32,000 nt of DNA from Crocosphaera subtropica ATCC 51142 (GTDB lineage: Bacteria; Cyanobacteriota; Cyanobacteriia; Cyanobacteriales; Microcystaceae): NCBI RefSeq assembly GCF_000017845.1, contig NC_010546.1:3791019-3823018 (forward strand). Reading direction: 5' to 3'. Shown here one piece after another: positions 24,715 to 32,000 of the stretch. A program made the position numbers and the translations under genes. Numbering within the stretch: position 1 is the first letter of the stretch; each line of letters begins with the position of its first letter. The notes under the pieces are model-generated. The model had not been told where the DNA came from, made no database searches, and worked only from the letters and a program-made list of their open reading frames with translations.

Positions 24715-25827
24715 GTGAAATTTGAGAATTGTCTTTTCTTAAGAGATTTATGGGAGAGGAAGCAACTATGGAAAACTCCCCATTCTGGCTATCATTGGGA
24801 TGGAAGTTCAAGGCGTTTTTTTGAAGGTTGGTATTATCGGGTTACGTTACCCCACTCGAATCAGAGTTTTGCCTTTATGTATTCCATGGATGATCCTATT
24901 GGAAACCAATATCATAGTGGTGGTGCAGCCCAAGTTTTAGGAGCTAATGAAAGCTATTTATATCGAATTTTTCCTAATGTCAAAACATTTTGGGCAAGTC
25001 AAAAGCAACTCGCTTTATGTCACTGGCAACTAGAAAACTTTAACCTAAAACCACACATTCTTGAGCCTATCCTTTTTGAAGAGACAGTTAAAGAAGGGTA
25101 TCAAGCTACTGCGACTTTAAATCAAGGATATATTGAAGATCCCGTTACTAAAAATTATTGTCGTTGGTGTTATACAATAAAACCTATAGATGGTTGGGGA
25201 CATCGTTTTTCACCCCAAGAAGCAACAGCCGGATGGTTATCTTTTTTACCTATTTTTGATCCTGGATGGCAAGTTTTAATGGCTCATGGATGGGCAAGAG
25301 GTTATATTGATTGGAATGGAAACATATATGAATTTGAAAACGCTCCTGCTTATAGTGAAAAAAATTGGGGACATTCTTTTCCTAATAAATGGTTTTGGAT
25401 CAATTGTAATAGTTTTAAAGAAGAATCCGACTTATCTTTGACGGCTGCTGGTGGAATTAGACAAGTATTCAACTGGCAGGAATCTGTAGGAATTATCGGC
25501 TTACATTATCAAGGAAAATTATATCAATTTGCTAGAGAAAATAGTCAGTTATCTTGGCATATCAAACCTTGGGGAAGTTGGATCATGCAGGGAAAAAATT
25601 CGGATTTTGCAATTAAAATTGAGGGGAAAACTAAGAGTATCGGTACTTATGTTAGGGTTCCTACTGCTGACGGATTACAGTTTCTTTGTCGTGATACCGT
25701 GCAAGGAACTTTAAAAATAGAATTACAGAATAATAAAGGTAAAACTATCTTCAAAGCTACCAGTTCTTTAGGGGGTTTAGAAATTGGCGGATCTCCTTGG
25801 CATAAAGATTGGATTTATGGAAAATAG
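24715..25827 (+). CDS. tocopherol cyclase
   Basis: PHSGYHWDGSSRRFFEGWYYRVTLP, FAFMYSMDDP, ATAGWLSFLPIFDPGWQVL, EKNWGHSFPNKWFWINCN and LTAAGG match the tocopherol cyclase family (Synechocystis slr1737 / plant VTE1) from memory. GTG start. Confidence 0.88.
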   Translation: MKFENCLFLRDLWERKQLWKTPHSGYHWDGSSRRFFEGWYYRVTLPHSNQSFAFMYSMDDPIGNQYHSGGAAQVLGANESYLYRIFPNVKTFWASQKQLALCHWQLENFNLKPHILEPILFEETVKEGYQATATLNQGYIEDPVTKNYCRWCYTIKPIDGWGHRFSPQEATAGWLSFLPIFDPGWQVLMAHGWARGYIDWNGNIYEFENAPAYSEKNWGHSFPNKWFWINCNSFKEESDLSLTAAGGIRQVFNWQESVGIIGLHYQGKLYQFARENSQLSWHIKPWGSWIMQGKNSDFAIKIEGKTKSIGTYVRVPTADGLQFLCRDTVQGTLKIELQNNKGKTIFKATSSLGGLEIGGSPWHKDWIYGK

Positions 25828-25901
25828 TATCAATTGCCTCAGAAAATTTCATTCATATCTATAATTATCAGTTATAGACTAAATTATTACGTTTTTTGTT
25901 T

Positions 25902-27110
25902 ATGAAAGTTGGTATTATTCGAGAAGAAAAAAATCCCCCAGATTCTAGAGTTCCTTTAACTCCAGAACAATGTCAATATTTAATGCAAATTGACCAAAAT
26001 TTAGAGATAGTTATTCAATCAAGTGAAAAACGATGTTTCGCTGATTCAGAATATCAAGAAAAAAATATTTCTGTGGTTAAAGATGTTAGCAATTGTGACA
26101 TTTTGCTAGGAGTCAAAGAAGTTTCTATAAATTCTTTGGTTGCTAATAAAACTTATTTGTTTTTCTCTCATACCCATAAAAAACAACCTTATAACCGCAA
26201 ACTTTTACAAACTATTTTACTAAAAAAGATTCGTTTAATTGACTATGAATGTCTCTGTGATGTACAAGGAAAAAGAGTCATTGCGTTTGGTCATTGGGCT
26301 GGCGTTGTCGGGGCGCATAATGCTATATTAGCCTGGGGAAAACGTTATCAAAGTTTTGCTTTACAATCTATGCACCAATGTCATGATTTTGCTGAAGCAA
26401 AGACTTATTATAATGATTTATCTTTGCCTAACTTTAAAATAGTCATTACTGGAGATGGAAGAGTTAGTAATGGAGCAGCCACCGTGTTAGATTTAATGAA
26501 GATAAAACAGGTTTCGCCTCAAGACTTTTTAGAAGAGAAATTTTCCTATCCTGTTTATACAAAATTAGGAGTTAAAGATATGTATGCTAAAAAAGGAGAA
26601 GATATATTTAATGAGCCTAATTATTATAAACATCCAGAGGAATATGATTCGATTTTTGAACCTTATACTAAGGTAAGTGATATGATGATCAATGGTATTT
26701 ATTGGGAAAAAGGGGTTCCTACTTTTTTTAGCGAGGAAGATATGAAAAAAGATGATTTTAACATTAAAGTCATTGCAGATGTTACCTGTGATATTGCCCC
26801 AGATGCGTCGATTCCTTGTACCATAAGACCATCTACCATTGCTGATCCTATTTATGGTTATGATCCCAATTTAGAAAAAGAAATTAAGCCATTTCAACCC
26901 CAAAGTATCGATATTATGGCAGTGGATAACTTACCTAATGAATTACCCCGTGATGCTTCAGAAGATTTCGGAAATCAATTAATTGATCGAGTTTGGGATG
27001 AGTTGAAAAAACCTAATAGTCAAATGATTTACGATGCTACCATTGCTATTAATGGAAAGTTAAACCAACCTTATGAATACTTACAAGATTTTGTTAATTT
27101 TAATCAATAA
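25902..27110 (+). CDS. AlaDH/PNT-fold dehydrogenase resembling lysine-ketoglutarate reductase / saccharopine dehydrogenase (L-lysine-forming)
   Basis: MKVGIIREEKNPPDSRVPLTPEQC N-terminus. Central Rossmann motif ITGDGRVSNGA. C-terminal IADVTCDI ... IMAVDNLPNELPRDASEDFG resembles the LKR domain of plant LKR/SDH (from memory). ATG at 25902 (the track start is TTG at 25896). Confidence 0.7.
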   Translation: MKVGIIREEKNPPDSRVPLTPEQCQYLMQIDQNLEIVIQSSEKRCFADSEYQEKNISVVKDVSNCDILLGVKEVSINSLVANKTYLFFSHTHKKQPYNRKLLQTILLKKIRLIDYECLCDVQGKRVIAFGHWAGVVGAHNAILAWGKRYQSFALQSMHQCHDFAEAKTYYNDLSLPNFKIVITGDGRVSNGAATVLDLMKIKQVSPQDFLEEKFSYPVYTKLGVKDMYAKKGEDIFNEPNYYKHPEEYDSIFEPYTKVSDMMINGIYWEKGVPTFFSEEDMKKDDFNIKVIADVTCDIAPDASIPCTIRPSTIADPIYGYDPNLEKEIKPFQPQSIDIMAVDNLPNELPRDASEDFGNQLIDRVWDELKKPNSQMIYDATIAINGKLNQPYEYLQDFVNFNQ

Positions 27111-27216
27111 CTTTGCTTATTATATTGTGTTTCTTTTTGCGATCGCTTGTTCAATATTGAGTAAAGACAAACTATTTTGATCAAGATCCAGTTGTAAGCT
27201 TAATAATATTAAGACC

Positions 27217-30072
27217 CTACGGTGTTTCTTGTGGATATTGTTTCAGAACTTCTTTTAAATATTGTCCTGTATAAGATGTGGGATGTTTTGCTACATCTTC
27301 AGGGGTTCCAAAGGTAACAATATCACCTCCTTGATCGCCCCCTTCTGGTCCTAAGTCAATGATCCAATCTGAACAACGAATCACATCTAAATTATGTTCG
27401 ATGACTAAAATAGAATTACCTTTATCCACTAATCTTTGTAGTACATTCAAGAGGTGATGAACGTCATAAAAAGATAATCCTGTGGTGGGTTCATCGATTA
27501 GATAGAGAGTTTTTCCTGTTGCCCGACGGGACAATTCTGATGCTAGTTTAACCCGTTGCGCTTCCCCTCCTGATAACGTAGGGGCAGGTTGCCCTAATTT
27601 AACATAACCTAAGCCAACATCTACTAAAGTTTGTAATCGATTGACTGCCCTTGGTATATTTTCAAATACACTTAACGCTTCTTCTACTGTCATATCTAAA
27701 ACATCAGCAATAGAATAACTTTTATACTTCACTTGTAAGGTTTCTCGGTTGTATCTTGCCCCCTTACAAACTTCGCATTGAACATAGACATCGGGTAAGA
27801 AATTCATCTCAATCACATTAACCCCTTGTCCTCCACAATTCTCACATCTTCCTCCTTTCACATTAAAGGAAAAACGACCTGGTTTATAACCCCTTGCTTT
27901 AGCTTCTATTGTCTCAGAAAAAAGCTGTCTAATACTGTCAAAAATTCCTGTATAAGTGGCAGGATTGGATCGAGGAGTTCTACCGATAGGAGACTGATCA
28001 ATAACAATTACTTTGTCAATGGCGTTAAGTCCCGTAACTTTATCTAGAGACTTGGGCAAGGGAACTTTTTTGGTTAAATGATGTTGTAAGGAAGGATAGA
28101 GTAATTCATTAACTAAGGTAGATTTTCCTGATCCTGAAACTCCTGTAATAGCTACTAGCTTTCCTAATGGTATTTCGACATCTATATTTTTTAAATTATT
28201 AGCATGACAATTTTTTAAACAAAGCTTATTACCATTACCTGCACGACGTTTTCCTGGGGTTTTAATTACTTTTTTACCAGATAAATAATCTGCTGTTAGA
28301 GATTTTTTGGCTTTTAATAGGGTTTTTAAATCACCTTGAGAAACAATTTGTCCCCCATGAATCCCTGCTAATGGACCAATATCAACGAGGTGATCGGCAG
28401 TTCTAATGGTTTCTTCGTCATGTTCAACGACAATTAAAGTATTTCCTAAATCTCTTAATTTCTTTAAAGTATTTAATAACCGTCCATTGTCCCGTTGATG
28501 GAGTCCGATACTGGGTTCATCTAATACATATAATACTCCTGTTAACCCCGATCCGATTTGGGTAGCCAGACGAATTCTTTGGGCTTCTCCCCCTGATAAT
28601 GTGGCTGTTCCTCGGTTTAAGGTTAAATAATCTAAGCCAACATCTAAGAGAAAATTTAAGCGGTTTCTAACTTCTTTTAAAGCTAATTCTCCAATTAACT
28701 TTTGTCGAGGAGTTAATTCTAAATTGTCAACTTTATGCAAACATTTATCAATAGAAACACTGGTTAACTCATCAATACTACATTTTCCTAAGCGAACGGA
28801 TAAAGCTTCTGGTTTAAGGCGTTTTCCTTGACACACTTCACAAGTTTGATCAACGATATATTTCTCCATCTTTTGCTTAATAATTTCTGAGCTAGTCTCT
28901 TGATAATTTCTCTCTAACATGGCTAAAATGCCTTTGAAATGTTTATAATATCCTTGACCACTATCAAAACGAGAATCCTGCTCAAACCAGATAGGTTCAT
29001 CGCTGCCATAGAGTAATAAGTCTTGTTGTTCTTTGCTTAATTGATTCCAAGGAGTTTGGATTTCAAAGCCGTAATTTTGCCCAATACTATAGAGTAACGA
29101 TAAATAATAAGAATTATCTTTTTCTGACCAAGGAGCAATAGCAGAATATAAGGGAGCATTGGGATCAGGGATAACTAACTCAGGGGAAAATTGCCGTAAA
29201 CTGCCTAATCCATGACAGTGAGGACAAGCACCATAAGGAGAATTAAAGGAGAACAAACGGGGGGATAATTCCTCAATAACGGCACCATGTTCGGGACAAG
29301 CAAAATTCTCAGAAAACATAATTTCTGAGTGACCATTTTTTTCTTCATCTCCCATAATATCGATTACGGCTAATCCTTCGGAATGGCTTAAACAAGTGCT
29401 TAAAGAATCCGCTAATCTTTCTTCAATTCCTTCTTTTTTGATGAGGCGATCTACAACAATTTCAATGTTATGAAAGTGATTCTTTTTTAACTCAATATTA
29501 TCCGAAAGTTCCCTAACTTCTCCATCTACTCGTACCCGTACAAATCCTTGAGAGGCTAAACTAGATAATAGTTGTTTATGGGTTCCTTTTTTCCCTCGCA
29601 CCACAGGAGCTAAAATTTGGAATTTTGTCCGATCTGAGAGTTCCATAACCCGATCGCACATTTGATCGATGGTTTGAGGGGCAATTAAGCGATCACAATG
29701 AGGACAATGGGGTTCCCCCGCACGACCAAATAATAACCGTAAATAATCATAAATTTCCGTTACCGTCCCTACTGTGGAACGGGGGTTATGGGACGTAGAT
29801 TTTTGGTCAATAGAAATCGCCGGACTTAACCCTTCGATCGCATCGACATCGGGTTTATCTAACTGTCCTAAAAACTGTCTTGCATAGGCACTCAGGGACT
29901 CTACATAGCGTCGTTGTCCCTCAGCGAAAATGGTATCAAACGCTAAAGATGACTTACCCGAACCGGACACCCCTGTAAAAACAATTAGGCGATCGCGCGG
30001 AAGTTCAAGATCAATATTTTTTAGATTATGTTGTCTAGCACCCCGAATCCGTATACTATTTGAGTCAGCCAT
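27217..30072 (-). CDS. uvrA: excinuclease ABC subunit A
   Basis: Two ABC modules (GVSGSGKSS twice, LSGGEAQR twice), zinc-finger CxxC pairs, and an N-terminus IRIRGARQHNLKNIDL collinear with E. coli UvrA. Start at Met7 of the track ORF (ATG 30072-30070). Confidence 0.97.
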   Translation of the reverse strand: MADSNSIRIRGARQHNLKNIDLELPRDRLIVFTGVSGSGKSSLAFDTIFAEGQRRYVESLSAYARQFLGQLDKPDVDAIEGLSPAISIDQKSTSHNPRSTVGTVTEIYDYLRLLFGRAGEPHCPHCDRLIAPQTIDQMCDRVMELSDRTKFQILAPVVRGKKGTHKQLLSSLASQGFVRVRVDGEVRELSDNIELKKNHFHNIEIVVDRLIKKEGIEERLADSLSTCLSHSEGLAVIDIMGDEEKNGHSEIMFSENFACPEHGAVIEELSPRLFSFNSPYGACPHCHGLGSLRQFSPELVIPDPNAPLYSAIAPWSEKDNSYYLSLLYSIGQNYGFEIQTPWNQLSKEQQDLLLYGSDEPIWFEQDSRFDSGQGYYKHFKGILAMLERNYQETSSEIIKQKMEKYIVDQTCEVCQGKRLKPEALSVRLGKCSIDELTSVSIDKCLHKVDNLELTPRQKLIGELALKEVRNRLNFLLDVGLDYLTLNRGTATLSGGEAQRIRLATQIGSGLTGVLYVLDEPSIGLHQRDNGRLLNTLKKLRDLGNTLIVVEHDEETIRTADHLVDIGPLAGIHGGQIVSQGDLKTLLKAKKSLTADYLSGKKVIKTPGKRRAGNGNKLCLKNCHANNLKNIDVEIPLGKLVAITGVSGSGKSTLVNELLYPSLQHHLTKKVPLPKSLDKVTGLNAIDKVIVIDQSPIGRTPRSNPATYTGIFDSIRQLFSETIEAKARGYKPGRFSFNVKGGRCENCGGQGVNVIEMNFLPDVYVQCEVCKGARYNRETLQVKYKSYSIADVLDMTVEEALSVFENIPRAVNRLQTLVDVGLGYVKLGQPAPTLSGGEAQRVKLASELSRRATGKTLYLIDEPTTGLSFYDVHHLLNVLQRLVDKGNSILVIEHNLDVIRCSDWIIDLGPEGGDQGGDIVTFGTPEDVAKHPTSYTGQYLKEVLKQYPQETP

Positions 30073-30333
30073 ATCCCCAAAGCTTAACATTCCTTAATCT
30101 TATTGATCATAACGTTTTTTTTCTGATATCTTGCATCTTGCCAAAAAATTGCGAGTTATAGACATAAAAAAGAAATAAACAATAGAAGAAATGGTGTTTT
30201 TTTTACTTTAACCGATTTTAAAATGATTGTCTTAATTTTATTTTTCAACTTTTTCTACCAAGATGCGTTATCTCAATTATGGTAAGGTTAGTGAGATAGG
30301 AGACTCAGGGATAGAAAACCCCTATTTAAGTTA

Positions 30334-30822
30334 ATGATGACCTCTCTATCTCGTTATTATTATTTAAAACAAGGAAAAACTCAAGATAAAGCGAAACTGC
30401 TAAAATTTATGGAACTCACCTATGAAGAGTTGTTTCCTGAACAGTCTGATTTTAATCATTTAAGCATCACCATTGAGCAATATTTGTCCTCAAAAACGCC
30501 GTTATGGTGGATTGAATATCAACCCGAAAATTCGACCCAACCCGAAAAAGTGGCTTGTTTGTGGATGGGAACTGGCGTTGATCAAGTCAGTGGCGATCGC
30601 TACGGACATATTTTTTTGATTTATGTTAAACCGAACCATCGTCGTCAAGGGTTAGCTACCGCTTTAATCAAACAAGGACAACAATGGGTGGATGGACAAG
30701 GGTATCATCAAATCGGACTTCAAGTATTTGAACGGAACCAAGCTGCCCAAAAACTTTATAATAAATTAGGATTTTTTCCTCAATCTTATTTAATGTTTAA
30801 ATCTTGGAATATTAACCAATAA
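30334..30822 (+). CDS. GNAT family N-acetyltransferase
   Basis: HRRQGLATALIKQGQQW acetyl-CoA motif, followed by LQVFERNQAAQKLYNKLGF. Confidence 0.8.
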   Translation: MMTSLSRYYYLKQGKTQDKAKLLKFMELTYEELFPEQSDFNHLSITIEQYLSSKTPLWWIEYQPENSTQPEKVACLWMGTGVDQVSGDRYGHIFLIYVKPNHRRQGLATALIKQGQQWVDGQGYHQIGLQVFERNQAAQKLYNKLGFFPQSYLMFKSWNINQ

Positions 30823-30934
30823 AGACATTTTTTAACCCTTCCCTAACCTTACCATTATTAATCAACTTCCTCATTGATTCTAAAATTCGTTATGATGCTT
30901 TAACAAGTCGCCTACTGTGAGAAGTGAGACGGAA

Positions 30935-32000
30935 ATGAATAAACACCATACTTTAAAATCAAAATCCTCTTTAAGAAAAACCCTGCTCAAACAAAGCGTT
31001 AGCTTAGTGAGTGGAGTGGGTATTTTAACCAGTGCAGTCGGTTTCAATGGAGCGATCGCCTCAACGGAAACCTTTGTCATTCCTGACAGTGCTACCCCTA
31101 CGGTCAAACCGGAACCAGCTTCCCCCCCTCCGACCAAGGTGCCGAAAGCATCTCCCTATGTTCCTCCCACCACTTCTAGTCATACAAAACCAGTCCTACA
31201 AAGCACCTCGAATAAACCTAATCAACCCAAAGTTTCACCGAAACCCTCAGTTTCTCAGGCTCGTGAAACGTCTAAACCGAAAGTTAAATTATCCGCTCCT
31301 AAAATTTTAGATCCGCAAACCTCTAAAAACGAACCCCCTAAAACCTTAAAACAAGCCCTAACTCAACCCCAAACCATTCAATTATCCCCTTCGGTTACCG
31401 CAGGGGGTAAAAATAGTTACATCGATACCAAAAACTATGGTAATCCGACTCCAACCATTACCAAGCCTAATAAAGTTGTTTTAACGGAACGTTCCACCGG
31501 CTGTCAAACCATTGCTCAAAATGGTCAATTATCAGGGGGAAATTGTGGTGCAGTGGCCACTCAACCTGCTAAACCCACAGTTAAAGCACCCCGACAGTTA
31601 GCCTCCCGTCGTGTTACCTTAGCCTCTCGCCAAACTAAAGCAACGACTCAGGTTGCTCAAGCGGTCAGTTCTCCCCCAAAAGTTCAGCCTCTGCGCTTAA
31701 AACGTCGTCCCATTAGCTCTGAACAAGTAGTTAATTTAGAACCAATTAAACGTCAGGGTTTATCCATTGCCTTAGAACCGTTGCCCCGTTATAACCGTGC
31801 TGCTTCTATGTATGGATCTAATACACCTCAAGCACGCAAAACCGATTTAATCTTTCCCTTACCTGTTATCGCCACCATGACCTCGGCATTTGGTTGGCGT
31901 ATTCATCCTATTTCTGGAACCCAAAGAATGCACAATGGGACTGATTTTGGCGCACCGTTAGGAACGCCGGTATTAGCGGCCTATCCTGGGGAAGTTTCCC
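30935..32000 (+). CDS. M23 family metallopeptidase (LytM domain), 5' part; continues beyond the window
   Basis: Hand translation from ATG 30935 in frame 2 is open to the window end. It reads MNKHHTLKSKSSLRKTLLKQSVSLVSGVGILTSAVG (signal anchor), then a Pro/Lys/Thr/Ser-rich linker, then ...LIFPLPVIATMTSAFGWRIHPISGTQRMHNGTDFGAPLGTPVLAAYPGEV, the HxxxD M23 motif. It is absent from the ORF track because it has no stop in the window. Confidence 0.85.
   Translation, partial: MNKHHTLKSKSSLRKTLLKQSVSLVSGVGILTSAVGFNGAIASTETFVIPDSATPTVKPEPASPPPTKVPKASPYVPPTTSSHTKPVLQSTSNKPNQPKVSPKPSVSQARETSKPKVKLSAPKILDPQTSKNEPPKTLKQALTQPQTIQLSPSVTAGGKNSYIDTKNYGNPTPTITKPNKVVLTERSTGCQTIAQNGQLSGGNCGAVATQPAKPTVKAPRQLASRRVTLASRQTKATTQVAQAVSSPPKVQPLRLKRRPISSEQVVNLEPIKRQGLSIALEPLPRYNRAASMYGSNTPQARKTDLIFPLPVIATMTSAFGWRIHPISGTQRMHNGTDFGAPLGTPVLAAYPGEVS

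Larger units (their letters stand above)
3119..31059. repeat. HIP1 highly iterated palindrome (GCGATCGC), 18 dispersed copies
   Basis: Exact copies start at 3119, 6456, 7285, 9804, 11342, 12546, 12805, 13353, 16033, 16170, 19519, 21801, 22023, 24511, 27139, 29989, 30593 and 31052. A rough expectation for this octamer in 32 kb of AT-rich sequence is well below one copy. Confidence 0.95.

Noticed and set aside
2234-28047. Short track ORFs nested in or antisense to well-supported genes: 2234-2548, 3306-3608, 6175-6387, 7842-8123, 8613-8807, 9699-9902, 10207-10446, 12459-12719, 13592-13831, 14857-15099, 15807-16019, 15939-16145, 16870-17118, 18812-19000, 22474-22710, 23717-23974, 25529-25714, 27826-28047.
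   Set aside because: Each lies entirely inside a longer ORF that has strong family motifs, on the opposite strand or in another frame. Their translations are low-complexity or compositionally odd, with no recognisable motifs. They are most simply explained as chance ORFs.
30223-30285. 20-codon hydrophobic ORF (MIVLILFFNFFYQDALSQLW*) in the uvrA/GNAT divergent spacer.
   Set aside because: No ribosome-binding site. It derives from a T-rich tract and is indistinguishable from a chance ORF.
30880-31310. Track ORFs 30880-31137 (-) and 31032-31310 (+).
   Set aside because: Both overlap the frame-2 M23 peptidase gene, which stays open for more than 1 kb and ends in a clear catalytic motif. The two ORFs are shadow frames of its Pro-rich linker.
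1-32000. Scanned for CRISPR arrays, tRNA/rRNA/tmRNA/RNase P signatures, transposases, integrases, phage structural genes, restriction-modification or other canonical defence genes.
   Set aside because: None seen. No regularly spaced direct repeats, no tRNA-like T-arm (GGTTCGAATCC-type) sequences, and no ORFs with transposase or integrase motifs. The only toxin-antitoxin trace is the PIN remnant reported above.

Overview
The window looks like an ordinary, mostly housekeeping stretch of a low-GC cyanobacterial chromosome. That origin is an inference from three things: 18 copies of the HIP1 octamer GCGATCGC, the presence of Tic22-like genes, tocopherol cyclase, a PanC-Cmk fusion and DUF29, and an AT-rich codon bias.

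I can support about 35 protein-coding genes:
- On the + strand: the 3' end of a probable CDF transporter, DUF29, dnaA, two tandem Tic22-like genes, prmC, cbiM / PDGLE (CbiN-like) / cbiQ followed by an LplA-like ligase and moaC, two GNAT acetyltransferases, tocopherol cyclase, a lysine-ketoglutarate-reductase-like dehydrogenase, and an M23 peptidase that runs off the 3' edge.
- On the - strand: NDH-2, wecB, def, an Fe(II)/2OG oxygenase, a TM0106-type RecB-like nuclease, an MscS-family channel, glutaredoxin, panC-cmk, rlpA and uvrA.
- Several hypothetical proteins on both strands.

I see no rRNA, tRNA, CRISPR array, transposase, integrase or phage gene, and no convincing self-contained novel defence or mobile system.

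The items most worth a second look:
1. An ECF-type cbiM-PDGLE-cbiQ module with no ATPase gene, joined 4 nt from an LplA-like ligase and then moaC. Its CbiM lacks the canonical N-terminal Met-His.
2. A translationally coupled pair (GNAT plus a protein with an HTH-like tail) followed by an acidic orphan.
3. The 513-bp rlpA / tocopherol-cyclase intergenic region. It holds a perfect 14+14-bp palindrome over a plausible promoter, upstream of a 2-TM micro-protein that is tightly coupled to tocopherol cyclase.
4. An uncharacterised fusion protein: Cas4-like Fe-S nuclease, HhH segment and RNase-H-like exonuclease.
5. Tandem Tic22 paralogs.
6. A PIN-toxin gene remnant missed by the ORF track, next to a very AT-rich, HIP1-free MscS gene.

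All functional calls come from motif recognition by eye. No database search was run.
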